A stretch of DNA of 11,310 nt from Bdellovibrionota bacterium (GTDB taxonomy: Bacteria > Bdellovibrionota_C > UBA2361): assembly GCA_044352465.1 (NCBI GenBank), contig JBILDU010000094.1:1-11310 (forward strand). Reading direction: 5' to 3'. Below the pieces are notes generated by a model. The model saw nothing but the letters and a program-made list of their open reading frames with translations, was not told where the DNA came from and did no database searches. Positions 1-7,119 of the stretch are shown here, one piece after another. Within the stretch, counting starts at the first letter, position 1. Each line of letters begins with the position of its first letter. A program made the translations under genes and the position numbers.

Positions 1-1131
1 GCCGAGCCTGCGCAGATCCATCACGGGCCCGAGCGGGCTTACTTCATGGGAGAGCACTTCGGGCGGTGGCGCACGCCCATTGAGGTTCATCTTTAAGTCT
101 CGCACCGGCTCAGCAGAAATGATGAGCCCGCGTTGATCGGCGAGGGTACTCAGTTGGCGACCAAGCGAAAATGAAACCCTTTCCGGCTGAAGAATAAGGT
201 GAACTCCAAACCGCTCTTCTAAAGCGAGACGCCACGCGAGCGCCTCGCTATCCCGACCAGCTGGAATATGGAGATGGATAACGGCGCACCGATATTCGTG
301 CTGACGGAGGTTGAATTTGTAGAACGAGGATCGCCAAACTTCGATTCCCTCGGGAACGGTCGAATAGAGAGCATCTTGTAAGTTATCGCGGCGAGTCTGA
401 GGGGCGATTCGAACCGGTAACGGGGTAATTTCCCCCACTTTGGCGCGAACACGCTCCTCTTCCTGGCACGAGCGGAGCATCCCGGCGTACGTAATCGCGA
501 CACCGGTGGAATTAACTTCGACGGTGGCACGCCACGTTTCCGGAATGATCGCGGCGATACGGCGGCGTATGAATCTGAGATGGGTCTTCTCGATCGTTGC
601 TTGAATAACCTCCGCCGAGGGGGTCGGGAGTAGGACGATCGGGCGATGACTGGGGTCAGAAAGAACGAGACAGGTGCGGAGCCCAACCGCCCCCTCGATA
701 TGCATGCGGAGCTCCTCTGAGCGAGGGTAGTGGGCGCTGGGAAGGATGACGTAGACGATGGGTGCTTGCCGATCGAGCTTCAGACGCAGGTCCGGGTGAT
801 GATCTATCGCTGCAGCGACGAGCCCGTAGATATGCTGATACCGTAAGGTCCGCTCTACCGAGATCTCCCCCGGAACCTGAGCGCGCAGAAGTCCTTCGAG
901 CTCGGCGATCTTGGCCCGACTGGCTGAACATTCGTCGTCGAGGGTAATGACGACCTTCTCGCTGATTGCCTTGACGATGGCGTGCCGCGCCCATACCGGG
1001 AGCTGTTCTCGAATGGCCTCCGCCCGCAGTGCAGCAGGGCGGACCTCTTGGGGGTCGTGAGGTAGAGAGCGGCTCCGGTTGGGTAAACCGTCGAACACGT
1101 CGAGTTTCCTCGCTCGAATTCGGGGTGACAT
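1..1131 (-). CDS. Hypothetical protein, partial (runs off left edge); four degenerate KH-like alpha/beta modules, possibly followed by an RNB (RNase II/R) domain
   Basis: Not in the ORF track because there is no stop in the window. Manual translation gives 377 open codons from ATG 1131 to position 1, with an in-frame TGA upstream at 1141-1143: MSPRIRARKLDVFDGLP...AEAIREQLPVWARHAIVKAISEKVVITLD...FIRRRIAAIIPETWRATVEVNSTGVAITY...WRLALEERFGVHLILQPE...PLGPVMDLRRLG. Composition looks globular, unlike the overlapping track ORFs. The function is inference only. Confidence 0.85.
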   Translation of the reverse strand, partial: MSPRIRARKLDVFDGLPNRSRSLPHDPQEVRPAALRAEAIREQLPVWARHAIVKAISEKVVITLDDECSASRAKIAELEGLLRAQVPGEISVERTLRYQHIYGLVAAAIDHHPDLRLKLDRQAPIVYVILPSAHYPRSEELRMHIEGAVGLRTCLVLSDPSHRPIVLLPTPSAEVIQATIEKTHLRFIRRRIAAIIPETWRATVEVNSTGVAITYAGMLRSCQEEERVRAKVGEITPLPVRIAPQTRRDNLQDALYSTVPEGIEVWRSSFYKFNLRQHEYRCAVIHLHIPAGRDSEALAWRLALEERFGVHLILQPERVSFSLGRQLSTLADQRGLIISAEPVRDLKMNLNGRAPPPEVLSHEVSPLGPVMDLRRLG

Positions 1132-1153
1132 GACTGCAGGTCAACGGGGACAT

Positions 1154-1204
1154 TCCTATAGAAACACAGTCCTATAGAAACACAGTCCTATAGAAACACA
1201 GTCC
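1154..1204. repeat. Perfect tandem repeat, 3 x 16 bp (TCCTATAGAAACACAG) plus partial TCC
   Basis: Identical units at 1154-1169, 1170-1185 and 1186-1201, then TCC at 1202-1204. Confidence 0.97.
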
Positions 1205-1251
1205 AACGATGACCGAGGACGAAGCCGAGCGGTGCTTCAACCCTTAGGATA

Positions 1252-1281
1252 AGTATAACGCACCGGGTGCGGGTGTTCCAA
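1252..1281 (-). promoter_or_regulatory. Candidate sigma70 promoter for the left-edge gene
   Basis: Minus strand TTGGAA (1281-1276), 18-bp spacer, TATACT (1257-1252). Motif match only. Confidence 0.4.
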
Positions 1282-1292
1282 GGAAATTATAA

Positions 1293-1862
1293 TTACCCTG
1301 GGGGGAGTCGCCGTGTTCCGGCCGCCAAGGTCCGCTCAGCCATTCGGATTATCGAGACATCCGCCACGGTGCGGGAGAGCCCACTCAGCGGCCACCATTG
1401 AACCGCGTGAGACTCCGGACTACATCGCAGTAGTTCGGTTCGATCGGCGACGAAGACATATCGAATATCGAGGTGCTGATGCGCCGGAAACTCAGGGCGT
1501 GCCGGGATGGGATGAATATCGATATCGAAGATCGCCTCGGATAACGAGCGTAGATTGGTCAGCCCAGATTCTTCTCGCGCCTCTCGAAGCGCGGCATCGA
1601 AAACGGTTTGATCCCCTTCGATGTGTCCCCCGGGTTGGAGCCAGCGATTAAGCTTCCGGTGATGAACGAGTAACGTTTCCGTTTGGTCGGATGAGAGCAC
1701 CCAGGCGGACGCGGTTATGTGGCCCCGGGGATTCTCACGACTCCACCAGTACGGCTCCGTCTCGACAAAAGATCGAATCACCGTAGCGGTCGTAGCATGT
1801 TGCTGGGCCATCGCGTAGTCGCTTAGTTGGCGCAGTAACGCCTGTCGCGCGAGCTCGTTCAT
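1293..1862 (-). CDS. NUDIX hydrolase
   Basis: Nudix box GGHIEGDQTVFDAALREAREESGL, with GHITASAWV, LLVHHRKLNRWLQPGG and DIDIHPIP..HQHLDIRY motifs typical of a widespread bacterial NUDIX subfamily. The start overlaps the upstream stop (ATGA). Confidence 0.93.
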   Translation of the reverse strand: MNELARQALLRQLSDYAMAQQHATTATVIRSFVETEPYWWSRENPRGHITASAWVLSSDQTETLLVHHRKLNRWLQPGGHIEGDQTVFDAALREAREESGLTNLRSLSEAIFDIDIHPIPARPEFPAHQHLDIRYVFVADRTELLRCSPESHAVQWWPLSGLSRTVADVSIIRMAERTLAAGTRRLPPG

Positions 1863-4516
1863 TCAGTCCGTTCAAAAAGCCGGGTCACAAGGGCGGTCCA
1901 ACCTGTCTGGTGATTAGCGCCGTATCCCTTACCGTTGTCACCATGGAAATATTCGTAGAAGAGCACGAGATCGCGCCAAGCAGGATCGTTCGCAAAGCGG
2001 GAGTCGGTGCCGTGGCACGGGCGTTCCCCGGCTGCATTCGGGACGAACAGTCCGCACATACGCCGACTGAGCTCCTGGCTGACTTCGCGGAGATTTCGCA
2101 TATTTCCCGAGCCGGTCGGGCATTCAATCATGAAACTGTCGCCGTAGTAGTAGTGGTATCGTTCGAGTGCCTCGATAAGGAGATAGTTTATCGGGAACCA
2201 CACGGGGCCACGCCAGTTCGAGTTTCCCCCAAACAGATGAGTAGTTGACTCACCGGGGCTATAGTCGATGCGATACTCCTCTTTGCCGAGCTTCAAAAGA
2301 TAGGGATACTTCGCATGTACCTTCGAGAGCGAACGTATACCGAACGGAGAAAGAAACTCGTTTTCATCGAGGATGTATTTCAGCATTCGCTCAAGTCGCT
2401 CCCGAGAGGGGACTGCGAGGAGACTCCGGCCCGACGCTGCTCCGGAGCCATGCTCCATATACGAGAGGTGGCGGGCCAGATCTTTACGCTCCCGGAGGAA
2501 CCATTCCATACGGCGAACAAAGCCGGGCAGCCGCTCGAGGACGCGATCATCGATCACTTCAACAGCGAGAAGGGGAATGATTCCGACGAGAGAGCGGATA
2601 CGGAGGGGCAGCGCGGTTTCTTGCGAGTGCAGCTGATCGTAGTAAAATCCATCGAGCTGATCCCATAGTCCGGTACCGCCGAATGTGTTAATCGCGTCGG
2701 TAATAGCGATGAAGTGTTCGAAGAATTTAGAAGCGACGTCCTCATACGCGGGATCTTCATCGGCGAGCTCAAGCGCCATGGCGAGCATCGTGGCGCAAAA
2801 AAACGCCATCCAGGCAGTTGCATCGGCCTGCTCCAGGTGCCCACCTTCAGGAAGTGGCTGGCCACGGTCGAAAACCCCGATGTTATCCAATCCGAGAAAT
2901 CCACCGGCGAATAAGTTCTTGCCCTCGATATCTTTGCGGTTGACCCACCAGGTAAAATTGAGGAGCAACTTTTGAAAAGTTCGGGCGAGAAAGACCCGAT
3001 CGCGGGCTCCTTTTTTTCCGGTCATCTTGTAGACACGCCAGCACGCCCAAGCGTGCACCGGTGGATTCACATCGGAAAAAGCGAACTCATACGCCGGCAT
3101 CTGTCCGTTCGGGTGCATATACCATTCGCGCAGCATCAAGATAAGTTGCTGCTTGGCGAAGTCGGGATCGACCCGGGCGAAGGGTATGGTGTGAAACGCT
3201 AGGTCCCAAGCGGCATACCATGGATACTCCCATTTATCAGGCATCGAGATGATATCCCGGTTATAGAGGTGCTTCCAGTCGATGTTGCGCCCCAGCTTGC
3301 GACTCTCCGCTGGCGCGGGCTGCGTCGGGTCACCTTCGAGCCATTCGCGTACGGAGTAGTGGTAAAACTGTTTCGACCAGAGGAGCCCCGCATACGCCTG
3401 ACGACTGATGAGTTCCTCTTCCGCAGGAAGCCGTGCAGGTATAATCGAGGCATAGAATTGGTCGCACTCCTGACGACGCTTCGCAAAGGTCTCCTCAAAA
3501 GCCCCGTTAAAGGGAGTTCGTGGAGCTTTCTCAGCTGTGGTGAGGCGCAGCCTCAGTGAAGCCGTTGCACCTCCGGCGAGTTCGAACGAAGAGTGGAAAG
3601 CAGCTTTGCTCCCTGTCTGGAGAGGGTTCACTCGATCGTTGCGACCGTGAATGATGTATTCGTGAAAGGAGTCTTTGACGAACGGCGTGCTCATTGGGGA
3701 TGAAAAGATCCGCTCGATGTTGGTTTCATTTTCGGTGAAGAGCATCGCTGGATTCTTCCCCTCAGGCCCTACATCACAGCTTAAGACAAAAGGCTCAAGG
3801 GTCTCGTGTTGGGTAACAACCGAGGTGTCATCCTGGCGTTTGATTGTTGGACGGCCAGTATATCCCTCACCGGTCCGACCCCACGACCATGAGTTGCGAA
3901 ACCATAACGTCGGGACGAGGTGCAGCGTCGCTGCGGTCGTGCCTCGATTGACCGCGGTTATTTTAATCAGGATGTCGTTGGCGCTTTGTTTGGCGTATTC
4001 GACAAAGATATCGAAGTATTTACCTTCATCGAAGAGACCAGTATCGAGGATCTCGAACTCCGGCGCTTTGCGATCTCTGCGGCGGCTCTCTTCAACGAGC
4101 TGGCTGTAGGGAAACTCAGCTTGGGGATACTTATAGAGCGCCCGCATGTAACTGTGGGTGGGAAGGGAATCGAGATAAAAGTATTGCTCTTTAACGTCCT
4201 CACCGTGGTTACCTTCACTACCGGTAAGGCCGAAGAGGCGTTCCTTGAGGATCGGGTCTCGCCCGTTCCAGAGTGCGACCGAAAAGCATAAACGGCACTG
4301 CCGGTCGCTGATACCGAGTAGGCCGTCTTCGCCCCAGCGGTAGGCGCGGCTGCGGGCGTGATCATGCGGAAAATAATCCCAACATGAACCAAAAGGGGAG
4401 TAATCTTCCCGGACCGTACCCCATTGACGTTCGGAGAGGTACGGCCCCCAACGCTTCCAATTCTCCTCTCGGGTCTCATCTTGCTGGAGGCGAATTCTTT
4501 CAGGGTCACTGGCCAT
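1859..4516 (-). CDS. GH63-like / MGH1-like glycoside hydrolase (glucosidase)
   Basis: 885 aa with family motifs WKRWGPYLSERQWGTVREDYS, SMPDKWEYPWYAAWDLAFH, NPPVHAW, GGFLGLDNIG, FGGNSNWRGPVW and FYEYFHGDNGKGYGANHQTGWT. Confidence 0.93.
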   Translation of the reverse strand: MASDPERIRLQQDETREENWKRWGPYLSERQWGTVREDYSPFGSCWDYFPHDHARSRAYRWGEDGLLGISDRQCRLCFSVALWNGRDPILKERLFGLTGSEGNHGEDVKEQYFYLDSLPTHSYMRALYKYPQAEFPYSQLVEESRRRDRKAPEFEILDTGLFDEGKYFDIFVEYAKQSANDILIKITAVNRGTTAATLHLVPTLWFRNSWSWGRTGEGYTGRPTIKRQDDTSVVTQHETLEPFVLSCDVGPEGKNPAMLFTENETNIERIFSSPMSTPFVKDSFHEYIIHGRNDRVNPLQTGSKAAFHSSFELAGGATASLRLRLTTAEKAPRTPFNGAFEETFAKRRQECDQFYASIIPARLPAEEELISRQAYAGLLWSKQFYHYSVREWLEGDPTQPAPAESRKLGRNIDWKHLYNRDIISMPDKWEYPWYAAWDLAFHTIPFARVDPDFAKQQLILMLREWYMHPNGQMPAYEFAFSDVNPPVHAWACWRVYKMTGKKGARDRVFLARTFQKLLLNFTWWVNRKDIEGKNLFAGGFLGLDNIGVFDRGQPLPEGGHLEQADATAWMAFFCATMLAMALELADEDPAYEDVASKFFEHFIAITDAINTFGGTGLWDQLDGFYYDQLHSQETALPLRIRSLVGIIPLLAVEVIDDRVLERLPGFVRRMEWFLRERKDLARHLSYMEHGSGAASGRSLLAVPSRERLERMLKYILDENEFLSPFGIRSLSKVHAKYPYLLKLGKEEYRIDYSPGESTTHLFGGNSNWRGPVWFPINYLLIEALERYHYYYGDSFMIECPTGSGNMRNLREVSQELSRRMCGLFVPNAAGERPCHGTDSRFANDPAWRDLVLFYEYFHGDNGKGYGANHQTGWTALVTRLFERTE

Positions 4517-4841
4517 AGTTAGCTCGAATGCAATTTGCTTGAATCCCGCGAGGCGCGGTACCTACAGGCGAGAGGAGAGCTTCGCCGCGAGAGGCGCGGC
4601 GGTTTCCCTCGTTTTACTCAGCTCGGTTCGCTTGCGCGGTGCTTCCACGACTATCCTTAGGGGCTTAGCGAGGGTTGTCAAGGATGCCCGCAGCTTAACT
4701 GAACGGAGAGGCGGGGGCCCATTCCTTAATCGTGTGAGACTTGGTGACAGTGCTCCGGGTTCGTTGAGCGGTACATGTCCCCGCTCGGCGTGTTCATGCT
4801 CCCCGAGAGAGGTATCATGAGCTGTATCGACGGGGCTCAAT

Positions 4842-5147
4842 CTAGGAGGGTTGAGCGCACTCATCCTCGGGAAATATGATGTTGCACCCTTTCTTTGTTA
4901 GAAACTGCTGCCACAGTCTCTCGTCGCTCACGGCGTTGCCGCTATGCACTTTGTGGCTCCAGTATTCGGCCGAGTTTGAGGCCTTCGAGTGCTTCGGATG
5001 AGCGGGAGTTTTGCAAAGTACGTCTCCCGGTTCGGCGATGTACGACAGCCAGTACTTCGCTTTCTTAATGTCCTCACACCGAAATACCTCGGTGAGTTTT
5101 CCATCGGGAGAGATACGGTAGATGACAAACGGAGAGCTCCACGCCAT
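4842..5147 (-). CDS. Hypothetical protein (101 aa)
   Basis: ATG start with GAGG upstream (AATGAGGCAGCTATG on minus). Protein-like composition (FVIYRISPDGKLTEVF, KAKYWLSYIAEPGDVLCKTPAHPKH, YWSHK). No family recognised. Confidence 0.75.
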   Translation of the reverse strand: MAWSSPFVIYRISPDGKLTEVFRCEDIKKAKYWLSYIAEPGDVLCKTPAHPKHSKASNSAEYWSHKVHSGNAVSDERLWQQFLTKKGCNIIFPEDECAQPS

Positions 5148-5320
5148 AGCTGCCTCATTGTAGCCGGTTCACGCGCCGGGTAGCCCCAGCGGAAGTTACC
5201 ACAGATATCGGCTGGAGGGGGGATAAAGTTTAAGGCTAAGCAGTCGGTGATACCGGTACGGCCGTAAGGTAGCTACCCGCAAATGCTTGGATATGTAGTG
5301 CTTCTCCGGGAAATGAACAT

Positions 5321-5348
5321 TTGACCGATTGAAATAACCCACTATTCT
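5321..5348 (+). promoter_or_regulatory. Candidate sigma70 promoter upstream of the secreted-protein gene
   Basis: TTGACC (5321-5326), 16-bp spacer, TATTCT (5343-5348), in an AT-rich patch of a divergent intergenic region. Confidence 0.45.
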
Positions 5349-5372
5349 CCTGCTTTTTAAACAGGAGAATAG
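5342..5372. repeat. Perfect 11-bp inverted repeat (operator or hairpin)
   Basis: CTATTCTCCTG (5342-5352) and CAGGAGAATAG (5362-5372), with a 9-nt AT-rich spacer. Confidence 0.85.
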
Positions 5373-5666
5373 CGATCAGCGGAGGTCGAAAGAGGCGGCA
5401 GCCGTCCACGCCAGCGAGGAAGACGGCGCTTTACATATTTCCGCTCGTACCGCTCCTCGGGCGCGCTAGTCGAGTGTTCGACTAACCAGCTCAAAGAACT
5501 CCTCCGGCAGCGGGCCTCGGACACTCGTTCGCAGGCGATTCCTCGGTAACGCACCCCCTGGTCACCTGACCCTACGAAAGGTTCGTATATTGGCTCCACT
5601 TTAGCCGGTTTTCCTAACGTTTTTTTTTTGAACGATTAGGGTCTTGGAACTAAAACGGGGAGACCT

Positions 5667-6851
5667 ATGAGATCGAATCACGTGCTTTGGAGACTAGCAA
5701 CGTTTGCGGCGCCCTGCGCTGCTTTCCTTTCTTTCTCGGCGGTATCATCGGCTGCCCAGGAAAGTTTCACTGGAACGTGTTACCAGATGAGCGAAGTACC
5801 TCCCGGGACCGTCGCTGCAAATAATAACGGAGACCTCGCAATTCTGGACCCTCGGGAGGGGCTTAGACTTTATGGGAGTGCAACAGGTATAAACGTGCCA
5901 CTCCACAACCCTTCGCAAAACCATCCTCCCGAGCATATCTGGGTTGCTGGAATGAGCGACGACGGAAAGGTGGCTTTCAACGTTCAGAATAACTCGACGG
6001 GAAGCTCCCAAGCGTTCGTTGGAGCGAAGAACGGACAGACCAGCCAGATTTCCGTACCAGATGCCAGGTCCGTACATGTACGATTTATCTCTCCCGATGG
6101 AATGATAGTTGGCGGGGGCGCACAGACCGAGCCATACGCTGAGACCAGCTGGTGGTTTATAGCTTTCTTGGAACGAGGTAATACTTGGCGTATTTTCAGC
6201 CCCCCTTCTACAGCTGGATCGAGATCCTCAGCGGCGTCTATGAATGGGACGAATGTCGTTGTCGATGGTTCTTTCCCATCGATTTTCGATCTCAGGCGGA
6301 ATCGTAGTGTTCCAATCTTATCTGCTTCGCACTCTCCAAGCACGTACTCCCATTTTTTCCCCCGTTTTATCAGCAGAGATGGTCAAATCGTTGCGGGCCT
6401 GGCGAGTAGCTTTAGGCAGTGGCCCTCATCTTACCAAGTCATGTTCGCTCGCCGATCTTCTTTAAATCGAAGTGAGTTTGATGTAGCGGAAACACTCCCC
6501 AGCTTTGAGGGCCGCACGTACTCGATGCAGTCTACTATCTCCAAGATGGTAGGAAACCACATAGTCGGTTCAATGGGACCAACGGTCGAATCCAGTTATC
6601 CTGATACCACTGTAAACCCCGAGGCTTTCATCTACACTTTGGGAGAGCGATTCTCTAGGAGTCTCCAGTCCCTCTTATGTGAGCCAGCGCTGGACCTCCA
6701 ACTAATTGAGGCTATCGGAGCGACGCCCAATGCGGACAACGTCCTCGTCCGCGGTAGAACTACGGGCGGCATGGGACCGACCGGTGGGTACCAGCGAGAT
6801 GCGGTATTTATTCTTAAGAAAGACTTCGGACTTAGCTTAACCCCTGAATAG
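5667..6851 (+). CDS. Secreted protein, probable beta-propeller with degenerate HAF-type extracellular repeats
   Basis: SD GGGGAG at 5657-5662. Sec-type signal peptide (MRSNHVLWRLATFAAPCAAFLSFSAVSSAA). Recurring blade-like motifs AANNNGDL, AGMSDDGKVAF, RFISPDGMIVGG, RFISRDGQIVAG, GNHIVGS and QAFV/EAFIY. Confidence 0.8.
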   Translation: MRSNHVLWRLATFAAPCAAFLSFSAVSSAAQESFTGTCYQMSEVPPGTVAANNNGDLAILDPREGLRLYGSATGINVPLHNPSQNHPPEHIWVAGMSDDGKVAFNVQNNSTGSSQAFVGAKNGQTSQISVPDARSVHVRFISPDGMIVGGGAQTEPYAETSWWFIAFLERGNTWRIFSPPSTAGSRSSAASMNGTNVVVDGSFPSIFDLRRNRSVPILSASHSPSTYSHFFPRFISRDGQIVAGLASSFRQWPSSYQVMFARRSSLNRSEFDVAETLPSFEGRTYSMQSTISKMVGNHIVGSMGPTVESSYPDTTVNPEAFIYTLGERFSRSLQSLLCEPALDLQLIEAIGATPNADNVLVRGRTTGGMGPTGGYQRDAVFILKKDFGLSLTPE

Positions 6852-6876
6852 ATGAGAGGGGTTAGCCCCCCTCAAA

Positions 6877-6913
6877 AAAAGCGGCGAGCGGAAATACTCC
6901 GCTCGCCGCTTTT
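6877..6913. terminator. Bidirectional rho-independent terminator
   Basis: 12-bp perfect stem GCGGCGAGCGGA (6881-6892) / TCCGCTCGCCGC (6898-6909), flanked by A7 on the left and T4 on the right, between convergent genes. Confidence 0.9.
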
Positions 6914-7119
6914 ACGACCATCTCAATTTTCGGCGTAGCCTCACTTCTCTCCGTTCATTTCCAGAATCGAGAGGTAGTCCGGTACCTTGTACGTACCGAC
7001 TCGTTCTCATTCAGGGCAACGACGTCCCGTCCCTTTTCCTGTCGCGATATAAGGCGCGATGGAGCTATTCCTCCCTCGTTGGCTTCTTATACGGCCCCCT
7101 TGAAAAACCGGCATCGATG

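Noticed and set aside
219..1153. Track ORFs 219..686, 656..1153 and 762..947
   Set aside because: Arg/Ser/Pro-rich shadow frames overlapping the longer, protein-like open frame 1131..<1.
1154..1204. CRISPR array or replication iterons
   Set aside because: The units are contiguous with no spacers and only 16 bp long, and no cas or rep gene is in the window.
1885..4509. Many short ORFs inside the glucosidase gene
   Set aside because: Antisense or alternative-frame shadows of a well-conserved CDS.
4539..4864. ORFs 4562..4864 (-) and 4539..4820 (+)
   Set aside because: Low-complexity composition and no motifs; the first overlaps the 101-aa gene by 23 bp. Not supportable as genes, though not excluded.
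5357..5599. 80-aa minus-strand ORF
   Set aside because: GTG start, Arg/Ser-rich, no recognisable motif; the region is better explained as regulatory or structured sequence.
5097..6100. ISPDG peptide shared by the 101-aa protein and the beta-propeller
   Set aside because: A common five-residue beta-turn motif with no further similarity; probably coincidence.
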